Assembly (NCBI GenBank): GCA_965203055.1
Contig: OZ241863.1
Location: 3,328,001-3,392,000, forward strand
Source: Spirochaetia bacterium
GTDB lineage: Bacteria; Spirochaetota; Spirochaetia; SZUA-6; Bin103
Direction: 5' to 3'
Length of the DNA stretch: 64,000 nt
Both the position numbers and the translations under genes were made by a program. Below, piece by piece: positions 48,064 to 57,055 of the stretch. The notes beneath the pieces are model-generated. The model was not told the origin of the DNA. It did not search any database and saw nothing but the letters and a program-made list of their open reading frames with translations. Each line of letters begins with the position of its first letter. Position 1 is the stretch's first letter.

Positions 48064-49836
48064 ATGGCAACGGAGATGAGGAGTTGGCGTGAGCGGATGC
48101 GCGGGCGCAACGCGGCGGCGCGGGTGGACCATCCGGGGCTGGCGTGGTGGCGCGAGGCGCGCTTCGGGATGTTCATCCATTGGGGGCTGTACGCCATTCC
48201 CGCCGGGGTGTGGGAGGGCGAGGAGGTGCCGGGGATCGGCGAGTGGATCATGTTGCGCAAGCGCATTCCCCGGCAGCGCTACGCGGAGCTGGCGAAGAGC
48301 TTCGACCCGGTGCGCTTCGACGCCCGCGCCTGGGTGGAGCTGGCGGTGCGGGCCGGCATGCGCTACTTGGTGATCACCACCAAGCACCACGACGGGTTCG
48401 CACTGTTCCGTTCGCCGTGCTGTCCCTACAACGTCGTCGACGCCACCCCCTTCGGCCGCGACCCGCTGGCGGAGCTGGCGCAGGAGTGCGCGGCCGCCGG
48501 CATCAAGCTCGGCCTCTACTACTCGCAGGATCAGGACTGGCATGACCCGGACGGGTCGCGCAACGACTGGGACTTCGACGAAGACGGCAAGGACTTCGCC
48601 GCCTATCTGGAACGCAAGGTCAAGCCGCAGCTCCGCGAACTGCTGACCCAGTACGGGCCGATCGGCCTGATCTGGTTCGATACACCCTACACCATCAGCC
48701 GCGAGCACAGCATCGAGCTGCGCGACTTCGTGCACCGCCTGCAGCCGGAGTGCCTGGTCAGCGGGCGGATCGGCAACGACGTGGGCGACTACGGCAGCCT
48801 GGGCGACAACCAGATTCCGGCCGGGCGCGTGCGCGCCGACTACGAAACGCCGGCCACCCTCAACGACACCTGGGGCTACAAGAGCACCGATCACCACTGG
48901 AAATCGGTCTCCACGCTGCTCCTGCTGCTGATCGACCTGGCCAGCAAGGGGGTGAACTATCTGCTCAACGTCGGACCCACCGCGGCCGGGGTGATCCCGG
49001 AGCCCAGCGCCGAGCGGCTGCGCGCGATCGGCGAGTGGATGGCGGTCAACGGCGAGGCGATCTACGGCACCGGCGGCAGCCCGTTCCCCTACGAGCACGA
49101 CTCGCTGCGCATGACCTGCAAGCCGGGCCGGCTGTTCATCCATCTGCTGCGGCCACAGGCCGGCCGCCTGGTGGTGCATGGGCTGCGCTCGCGCGTCACC
49201 GGCGCCGAGGTGCTGGGCCTCGAAGCGCCGGTGGAGGTCGCCCAGGACCGCACCGAAGCCGGCGCCGTCGACCGGCTCACGTTGAGCCTCCCCGACCTGA
49301 GCGCGGCCGCGCACGTGCCGGTGGTGGCGCTGAGCATCGACGGCGCTGCCGAAGCGGACGAGCTGGCCGTCCAGCAGCCGGACGGCTCCGTACACCTGCA
49401 CGCGCACCTGGCCGAGGTGGCGCGCGCGCCGGGGTCGACGCTGGAGATCCTCTCCAACGGCCTGACCGCCGGCTGGATGGATACCGCCAGCGCGCTGTCG
49501 TGGCAGGTACGGATCTGTCAGCCCGGTTCGTTCGCCGTGACGGTGGTCGCGGCGCCGGCGCACGGCACCGAGCGGGTCACGCCGCACGAAGTCGAGGTGG
49601 CCGCCGGCGGCGTCTCCGGCGCCGGCGGTTCCGGGGGCCGCGCCGCCGGCACCCTCGGCGATACGCTGCGCATCGCCACGCCGCGCGCGCAGTACTTCCC
49701 GGAGTTCGGCACGCCAATCGGCCGCATCACCGTCGAGGCGGCCGGCGTCCACACCTTCACCCTGCGGGCGACCAACGTCATCCCGGGTACGGAAGACGGT
49801 CTGACCGTGTTCGGAGCCATCCTGCGACCGTCGTAG
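48064..49836 (+). CDS. Alpha-L-fucosidase (GH29)
   Basis: RFGMFIHWGLY, TTKHHDGF, IWFD, NYLLNVGP, NGEAIYGT. Confidence 0.92.
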   Translation: MATEMRSWRERMRGRNAAARVDHPGLAWWREARFGMFIHWGLYAIPAGVWEGEEVPGIGEWIMLRKRIPRQRYAELAKSFDPVRFDARAWVELAVRAGMRYLVITTKHHDGFALFRSPCCPYNVVDATPFGRDPLAELAQECAAAGIKLGLYYSQDQDWHDPDGSRNDWDFDEDGKDFAAYLERKVKPQLRELLTQYGPIGLIWFDTPYTISREHSIELRDFVHRLQPECLVSGRIGNDVGDYGSLGDNQIPAGRVRADYETPATLNDTWGYKSTDHHWKSVSTLLLLLIDLASKGVNYLLNVGPTAAGVIPEPSAERLRAIGEWMAVNGEAIYGTGGSPFPYEHDSLRMTCKPGRLFIHLLRPQAGRLVVHGLRSRVTGAEVLGLEAPVEVAQDRTEAGAVDRLTLSLPDLSAAAHVPVVALSIDGAAEADELAVQQPDGSVHLHAHLAEVARAPGSTLEILSNGLTAGWMDTASALSWQVRICQPGSFAVTVVAAPAHGTERVTPHEVEVAAGGVSGAGGSGGRAAGTLGDTLRIATPRAQYFPEFGTPIGRITVEAAGVHTFTLRATNVIPGTEDGLTVFGAILRPS

Positions 49837-49981
49837 CACGCCGCAGAACGACGCGGCGCCGCAAACGTTTGGATCCGACCGTTTGCCACGGCGCGCCTTC
49901 CGGTCTATAGTTGGCGGACAGGTGGCCGGCCCAGGCGCTCGGTCGCCCACGAGACCGCGCAATTACAGGGGGTAGGATTAC

Positions 49982-51166
49982 ATGAAACGTATCGTTGCAG
50001 GTGCCTTGCTGCTGATTCTGGTTCAGGCCGGCGCCGCGTTCGCTCAGGAAGTCAAGCTGGGAGTGGTTCTCGGCTATACGGGGCCGATCGAGTCGTTGAC
50101 GCCGGCCATGGCGGCGGGCGCCGAACTGGCGATCGCGGAAGTCAGCGACAGCGGCATGTTGCTCGACGGCATGCGGGTCGCCTCCGTACGCGGCGACTCG
50201 ACCTGCGTCGACTCCGCGGCTGCCGTCGCCGCCACCGAGCGCCTCGTGACCTCGGATCGGGTCAACGCCATCGTCGGCGGCGACTGTTCGGGCGTGACCA
50301 TCGCGATGCTGCAGAACGTGGCCAAGGCCAACGGCGTGGTGATGATCTCCCCGTCGGCCACCTCGCCCGCCTTGTCGACCATCGAAGACGACGGCCTCTT
50401 CTTCCGCACTTCGCCGTCCGACGCCCGCCAGGGCCAGGTGATCGCCGAGATGTTGGACGAAATGGGCATTGCCGAAGCGGCGCTGACCTACACCAACAAC
50501 GACTACGGGAAGGGCCTTGCCGACAGCATCGAGGCCAACGTGAAGATGCTCGGCGGCGACATCACCATCTCCGCGCCGCATGAGGACGGCAAGGGCGACT
50601 ACAGCTCCGAGGTTGCGGCGCTGGCCGCGGTGGGCGGCGACATCCTGATCGTGGCCGGCTATCTCGACCAGGGCGGCAAGGGCATCATCCAGGCGGCGCT
50701 CGACTCCGGCGCCTTCAGTCAGTTCTTCCTCCCCGACGGGATGATCGGTTCCAGTCTGGCCGAAGCGATCGGCCCCGATCTCGACGGTTCGATCGGTACC
50801 GCCCCCGGCACCGACAGTCCCGGCGCGGCCCATCTCGACCAACTGGTCGAGGCCGCCGGTCACGAGAGCGGGCCGTTCGTGGGTGAGTCGTATGACGCCG
50901 CGGCCTTGATCCTGCTGGCCATGCAGGCGGCCGGATCGGCCGACAGCGGCGACTTCAAGGACGAGGTGATGATGGTCGCCAACGCCCCCGGCGAGAAGAT
51001 CTTTCCGGGTGAACTGGGCAAGGGGCTGGAGATTCTCGCCGCAGGCGGTGACGTCGACTACGTCGGCGCCTCGGCGGTGGAGCTGATCGGTCCCGGCGAG
51101 AGCGCCGGCAGCTACGCTCAGTACGAGGTGCAGGGCGGCGAATTCGTAACGGTCGGCTACCGTTAG
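49982..51166 (+). CDS. Branched-chain amino acid-type ABC transporter substrate-binding protein
   Basis: Signal peptide; SPSATSPALS, FFRTSPSD, NNDYGKG. Confidence 0.9.
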   Translation: MKRIVAGALLLILVQAGAAFAQEVKLGVVLGYTGPIESLTPAMAAGAELAIAEVSDSGMLLDGMRVASVRGDSTCVDSAAAVAATERLVTSDRVNAIVGGDCSGVTIAMLQNVAKANGVVMISPSATSPALSTIEDDGLFFRTSPSDARQGQVIAEMLDEMGIAEAALTYTNNDYGKGLADSIEANVKMLGGDITISAPHEDGKGDYSSEVAALAAVGGDILIVAGYLDQGGKGIIQAALDSGAFSQFFLPDGMIGSSLAEAIGPDLDGSIGTAPGTDSPGAAHLDQLVEAAGHESGPFVGESYDAAALILLAMQAAGSADSGDFKDEVMMVANAPGEKIFPGELGKGLEILAAGGDVDYVGASAVELIGPGESAGSYAQYEVQGGEFVTVGYR

Positions 51167-51316
51167 ACCTGCAAGGAGGCAGCGGCGCATGACGGGAACG
51201 GCCGGCCCGCTTCCCTCATGCGCCCGCCCGTCCCGGCGGCGGCCCGCGCCCGACCGACAGGCGCAAGGCAGCCGCCGGCGGCCGGCCGGCGCGCCGCTTC
51301 CTCGACCGCCGACTGC

Positions 51317-52095
<779 letters not shown>

Positions 52096-52099
<4 letters not shown>

Positions 52100-52800
52100 G
52101 TCTGCTGGAAGGCGCGGAGCTGACCGGCGGCTACGGCGGCCCCGACATCCTGCGCGGCTGCTCGCTGGCCGTGGACAAGGGGGAGATCGCGGTGGTGGTG
52201 GGACCCAACGGCGCCGGCAAGTCGACCGCCATGAAGGCGCTGTTCGGGCTGCTGCGGCTCCGCGCCGGCAGCGTGCTCCTCGACGGCAAGGACATCACGG
52301 CGCTGACTCCCCCGGCGCGGGCGCGCCGCGGCATGGGCTTCGTGCCGCAGAACGAGAACGTGTTCCGCTCGCTGACGGTGCAGGAGAACCTGGAGATGGG
52401 GGCGTTCCTGCGCGGCGACGACATTGCCGGCACCATGAACGACGTGTATCACCTGTTCCCGGTGCTGCGCGAGAAGCGGCGCCAGCCGGCGGGCGAGCTG
52501 TCCGGCGGCCAACGCCAGCAGGTGGCCATTGGCCGCGCCCTGATGAACCGGCCGCGGGTGCTGATGCTCGACGAACCCACCGCCGGCGTTTCGCCCATCG
52601 TCATGCGCGAGCTGTTCGAACGCATCATCGACATCGCGCACGGCGGGGTGGCGGTGCTGATCGTCGAACAGAACGCGCGCCAGGCGCTGGAGTTGGCGGA
52701 CACGGGATACGTCCTGGTGCAGGGCCGCAACCGGCACACCGGTGCCGGCGCGGCGTTGCTGGCGAACCCCGAAATCCGCCGCTCGTTTCTCGGAGGGTAA
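52096..52800 (+). CDS. Branched-chain ABC transporter ATP-binding protein (LivF type)
   Basis: GPNGAGKST, LSGGQ, LDEP, VEQN. Confidence 0.92.
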
Positions 52801-52803
52801 CCG

Positions 52804-53817
52804 GTGCAGGACGCCGTCAACGCCGTGGTGCTGCTTACCAACTTCCTGGTCGTCCCGGCCGCAGTCTACGGGTGCCAGCTCGCGCTCGGCGCGCTCGGCG
52901 TTACCCTGGTGTACGGCGTGCTGCGCTTCTCCAACTTCGCGCACGGCGAGATCATGGCGTTCGGCGCCATGATCACCATCCTGGGCACCTGGCTGCTGCA
53001 GTCCTGGGAGGTGGGAATCGCGCCGTTGCCGACCGCGTTGCTGGCCCTGCCGGTCGCGATCGCGTTTACCGGCGGCCTGTGTCTGCTCTCCGACCGCTGG
53101 GTGTATCGCTTCTACCGGCGCAAGAAGGCGCAGCCGGTCATCTTCCTGGTGGCCTCGGTGGGCGTGATGTTCGTGCTCAACGGGCTGATCCGCTTCATCA
53201 TCGGCCCCGACGACCAGGTGTTCACTGACGGGACGCGGTTTCTGGTCAACGCGCGCCAGTTCAAGGCGGCCACCGGGCTCGCCGAGGGCCTTGCGATCAA
53301 GACCACGCAGACGATCACCGTCGCGGTAACGATAATCCTGGTGCTGTGGCTGTTCTGGTTCCTAGGCCGCACGCGCACCGGCAAGTCGATGCGCGCCTAC
53401 TCGGACAACGAGGACCTGGCCCTGCTGTCCGGCATCAACCCGGAACGGGTGGTGGCGGTCACCTGGCTGATCGTCGGCGCCCTGGCGGCGGTGGCGGGCA
53501 CGTTGTACGGCCTGGACAAGAGCTTCAAGCCGTTCACCTTCCTGTCGCTGCTGCTGCCGATCTTCGCCGCCGCCATCGTCGGCGGCCTGGGAAGTCCGCT
53601 CGGCGCCATCGCGGGGTCGTTCGTGGTAGCCTTCTCGGAGGTGTTGCTCACCTATCCCTACAAGAAGTTCCTGAGCTATCTGGGGCCGGAGGGCTGGCGG
53701 CCGGAGGGCCTGGTGCAGCTGCTGGCCACCGACTACAAGTTCGCCGTCTCGTTCTTCATCCTGGTGGTGGTGCTGCTGGTGCGGCCCACCGGCATCTTCA
53801 GCGGCAAGTCGACGTGA
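52804..53817 (+). CDS. Branched-chain ABC transporter permease (LivH type)
   Basis: NFAHGE, GKSMRA, IVGGLGS, RPTGIF. Confidence 0.92.
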   Translation: MQDAVNAVVLLTNFLVVPAAVYGCQLALGALGVTLVYGVLRFSNFAHGEIMAFGAMITILGTWLLQSWEVGIAPLPTALLALPVAIAFTGGLCLLSDRWVYRFYRRKKAQPVIFLVASVGVMFVLNGLIRFIIGPDDQVFTDGTRFLVNARQFKAATGLAEGLAIKTTQTITVAVTIILVLWLFWFLGRTRTGKSMRAYSDNEDLALLSGINPERVVAVTWLIVGALAAVAGTLYGLDKSFKPFTFLSLLLPIFAAAIVGGLGSPLGAIAGSFVVAFSEVLLTYPYKKFLSYLGPEGWRPEGLVQLLATDYKFAVSFFILVVVLLVRPTGIFSGKST

Positions 53818-55145
53818 GCGGCGCTCTGACCGGCGCGGCCGCGCGGATTCCCCGCAAGCCGGCCCTGTTCGCGGTGATGGCGGCGCTCATCTGCCTGGTG
53901 GGCCTGCTGCAAAGCTGGTCGCTGGCGCTGGCAATCCTCAACCTGTGCCTGATCTCGGCCATCATGACGCTCGGCGTGAACATCCAGTGGGGCTACGCCG
54001 GCCTGTTCAACGCCGGCATCATGGGCTTCGCCGCGATCGGCGGACTGGCCGGCGTGCTGGTGTCGATGCCGCCGGTGGCGGCCGCCTGGCGCGCCGGCGG
54101 CGCCGGCGTACTGGTGGCGCTGGGGATGGCGGCGCTGGCCGTCGTCGGGGTGCTCTTCCTGCGCCGCCGCATCCGGCATCCGGTCTACCGCCGGCTGGCG
54201 GTGGGCCTGCTGCTGGTCGGCGGCTACGCCGCGGCGCGGGCCGTGTTCGGGCCGGCGGTGGAGGCAATCGAAGCGGTGGACCCCACCACTACCGGCTATC
54301 TCGGCGGGTTCGGCCTGCCCATCGTCCTGTCGTGGCTGGTGGGCGGCGCGCTGGCCGCCGGAGCCGCCTGGATCTGCAAGATCAGCCTCAGCCTGCGGTC
54401 CGACTATCTCTCCATCGCCACCCTCGGCATCTCCGAGATCATCGTCGCGTTCCTCAAGTACGAGGAGTGGCTCACCCGCGGCGTGAAGAACGTCAACGGC
54501 CTGCCGCGTCCGGTGCCGTACGAGGTAGACCTGCAGAACGCGGTGTGGTTCCGGGAGTGGGCCGCCAGTCTCGGCGCGGCGCCCGTGGAGCTGTCGTCGA
54601 TCGTGGTGAAGCTCTGCTACGCCGGCCTGTTCCTGCTCGCGCTGGTCATTCTGATGTGGCTTTCCGAAACCGCGCTGCGGTCGCCGTGGGGGCGGATGAT
54701 GCGCGCGGTGCGCGACAACGAAGAGGCCGCCCGCGCCATGGGCAAGGACGTCACCGCCCGCCACCTGCAGGTGTTCGTCCTGGGCTCGGCGGTAATCGGC
54801 ATCGCCGGCGCCATGCTGACCACCCTCGACGGACAGTTCACCCCCGCCTCCTACCAGCCGATGCGCTTCACCTTTCTGATCTGGGTAATGGTGATCGTGG
54901 GCGGCTCCGGCAACAACTGGGGCGCCCTCCTCGGCGGCTTCGTGATCTGGTTCTTCTGGGTGCAGGCCGAACCGATCGGGCTGCGCCTGATGGAGCTGGT
55001 CACCGCCTCGCTGGCTGCCGACAGCTCGCTCAAGGCCCATCTCCTGGGCAGCGCCGCGCACATGCGTCCGGTAGTCATGGGCATGGTGCTGCTGCTCGTC
55101 CTGCGCTTCGCCCCGCGCGGCCTGATCCCCGAAGACCGCCGCTGA
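53814..55145 (+). CDS. Branched-chain ABC transporter permease (LivM type)
   Basis: GYAGLFN, LRSDYLSIATLG, SPWGRMMRAVRDNE, PRGL. Confidence 0.92.
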   Translation: MSGALTGAAARIPRKPALFAVMAALICLVGLLQSWSLALAILNLCLISAIMTLGVNIQWGYAGLFNAGIMGFAAIGGLAGVLVSMPPVAAAWRAGGAGVLVALGMAALAVVGVLFLRRRIRHPVYRRLAVGLLLVGGYAAARAVFGPAVEAIEAVDPTTTGYLGGFGLPIVLSWLVGGALAAGAAWICKISLSLRSDYLSIATLGISEIIVAFLKYEEWLTRGVKNVNGLPRPVPYEVDLQNAVWFREWAASLGAAPVELSSIVVKLCYAGLFLLALVILMWLSETALRSPWGRMMRAVRDNEEAARAMGKDVTARHLQVFVLGSAVIGIAGAMLTTLDGQFTPASYQPMRFTFLIWVMVIVGGSGNNWGALLGGFVIWFFWVQAEPIGLRLMELVTASLAADSSLKAHLLGSAAHMRPVVMGMVLLLVLRFAPRGLIPEDRR

Positions 55146-55249
55146 CGACGACACGGTGGGGCGCACTTCCAAAAATGGGGGTAAGCGTCGGGCCGCTTGG
55201 CGGCCAAGCTCAAAGTCCCAGTGTAGATGACGTTTCTCGGCGATCTTGA

Positions 55250-56611
55250 TCACCGGTCTACCGGCGCCTGACGATCCTCGCCGGGGCGGTCGAATCCGGC
55301 GCCGGCGTGGCGGTAGCGGTGATGGGCGGCGCACAGCAGGCGGAGATTGTTCGGCTCGGCGGCGCCGCCGCAGGCATACGGCACCACGTGATCGATCTGC
55401 AGCAGGTGTTGGGAGCCGCAACGGCGCCCGCTGGTGCGGTCCACGTAGCGGCAGCGGCCCTGGTCGCGCCGCCACACCTCGCGCTTGACCGCCGCCGGGA
55501 TGGCGCGGCCGGTCACGCCCGGCTTCGCTGCCGAAGTCCGGGTCCGCGGCGGCGCCGCCGGCTGCGCGCACGCCGCAGCCTGCCGGTCGAGGCGCCGCGT
55601 CTTCGGCGCCGAAGTTATGTCGCCCCCCGGCTTCGCTGCCGAAGTGTCCGGGCGGTCAGCGGCTTCGTCTCCCGGCTGCGCCGCCGCCTGAGCCGATGCC
55701 TTCGCCCCCGAAGGAACGGCGCTGTCCGCGCTGGCCTCTTGCTTCGCTGCCGAAGCGGCTCCGCGAGCCGAGGCCGCCTGCGTCTTCGGCGCCGAAGTTT
55801 GCTCGGCGCCTTTGGCCGGCGCGGCGCGCCGCCCGCGCGGCGGCCGGGCCGGGTCGTGGCGGTCGAGCCCTTCCCGCACCAGCCGCCCCATGAGCTGCCC
55901 CATCGTCAGGTGCGGATCGACGTGCGACAGGAGGCCCTGGAGCCGCTCCAAGCCGCGCCGGCACTCATCGTCGATCACCGCCTTGAGCTCCCAGCGCCCG
56001 CCGCCCAGGGGCCGCACCCGCTCCGCCGGCGCCGCCAGCTCCGGGTCCACCTCGGCCAGCAACTGCGTCACCTCCCGGCTGCTCTTGCCGGACGCCTGCT
56101 CCACCAGCTCCCGCCGCGCCTCCGCGTCCAGCACCGGCGGCGCCGCCGCCGCCGGCTTCCGCTCCGCCGGCCGCGGCGGCGCCGAGCCCTCCTGCGACTG
56201 AGCGGCAGCCCCGAACCCGGTCCCGCGCGGCGCGCTACGCGCCGCGCGTTCCTTCTTGCGCTCCTGCCGGTCGAAGGCGTTCTGCAACTGCGCCGCCGCG
56301 TTCAGCGTCATCGTGCCATTCTGCAGGCGCTCCCGCACGCCCTCGACGTCCGCGCAGAGGCGCATCGCCTTGATGCGCCGCCACGCCGCGGCGTCGCTGT
56401 AGCCCAACTCACGCACCGCGTAATCGAACAGACTCGAGAACCCGCGCCGCAGGTACAGACGCCGCTTCTGAATCTCGCGCAGGTGGTCGATCACGACCAC
56501 TTCGAGATGGTGTTCGATGCCGGACAGTTCCTTGGTCCGCTCCAACAGGCGGTCGTCTGAGAGGGCGGATACGGTAGTGGTGACGGCCCCGTCTGAACCC
56601 TGTTTGTACAT
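55250..56611 (-). CDS. HNH endonuclease with DUF222-like helical N-terminus
   Basis: LSDDRLL..HLREIQKRRLY..GFSSLFDY..LGYS..AAWRRI; C-terminal VWRRDQGRC...C...IDHVVP..GG....NLRLLCAAHH. Confidence 0.88.
   Translation of the reverse strand: MYKQGSDGAVTTTVSALSDDRLLERTKELSGIEHHLEVVVIDHLREIQKRRLYLRRGFSSLFDYAVRELGYSDAAAWRRIKAMRLCADVEGVRERLQNGTMTLNAAAQLQNAFDRQERKKERAARSAPRGTGFGAAAQSQEGSAPPRPAERKPAAAAPPVLDAEARRELVEQASGKSSREVTQLLAEVDPELAAPAERVRPLGGGRWELKAVIDDECRRGLERLQGLLSHVDPHLTMGQLMGRLVREGLDRHDPARPPRGRRAAPAKGAEQTSAPKTQAASARGAASAAKQEASADSAVPSGAKASAQAAAQPGDEAADRPDTSAAKPGGDITSAPKTRRLDRQAAACAQPAAPPRTRTSAAKPGVTGRAIPAAVKREVWRRDQGRCRYVDRTSGRRCGSQHLLQIDHVVPYACGGAAEPNNLRLLCAAHHRYRHAGAGFDRPGEDRQAPVDR
55523..55797. 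repeat. Six 14-bp CTTCG-N4-CGAAG palindromes with unique spacers inside the HNH gene
   Basis: Copies start at 55523, 55601, 55631, 55700, 55742 and 55784. Confidence 0.8.
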
Positions 56612-56617
56612 GACATA

Positions 56618-56646
56618 AGTATAACCATGGAAACTACTTGAGTCAA
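56618..56646 (-). promoter_or_regulatory. Near-consensus sigma70 promoter for the HNH gene
   Basis: TTGACT-17 bp-TATACT, ending 6 nt before ATG 56611. Confidence 0.75.
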
Positions 56647-56755
56647 GTTTTCAGCCCGGAAGATGCCACATGCTGGCGTGACTCGGCGGCGCATTTCGAA
56701 GCGGCTGGACGTTCCTTCAGATGCTACTGCCGAGATGTCGCCGGCGTCGAGCGGC

Positions 56756-56932
56756 AGGGTTCTTCTTACGGACCCAGGCGGCCTCGTCGATCTCCTGGTC
56801 GAGGAAGAGGTCGCAGGCGGTGGAACTGTCGCTCCAGCCGCCGACGTCGAGCGCGGCGCGGTCCATGGCGGCGTGCAGCGCGGCGCGGTACTCGTAGTAC
56901 GCCTTTCCGGCGGCTTCAAGGGCGGGACAGGT
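56756..56932 (-). pseudogene. Fragment of a type IIG/IIL-like restriction-methyltransferase C-terminal region
   Basis: Hand translation TCPALEAAGKAYYEYRAAL|HAAMDRAALDVGGWSDSSTACDLFLDQEIDEAAWVRKKNP; no start; family recognised from memory. Confidence 0.65.
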
Positions 56933-57055
56933 ACCAGCAAATTAGATTAAGAAGTGCGCCCACACGGTGGCTTGACCCCTCTCATCGACCGGCATAGTGT
57001 GCGGCCTGCGGGCAAGTGAAGGAAGCAAGCAGAAGGTACGTAATGATGGTGTACG

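Larger units (their letters stand above)
55159..56961. mobile_element. Non-autonomous Mutator-like cargo element sharing termini with the ISKra4-type IS
   Basis: Left end GGGCGCACTTCCAAAAATGGGGGTAAGCGTC; right end GAAGTGCGCCC; 8-bp target duplication ACACGGTG at 55151-55158 and 56962-56969; no transposase inside. Confidence 0.85.

Noticed and set aside
56594..56606. LexA-type box at the HNH gene start
   Set aside because: AAAC-N3-GTTC does not fit the GAAC-N4-GTTC consensus
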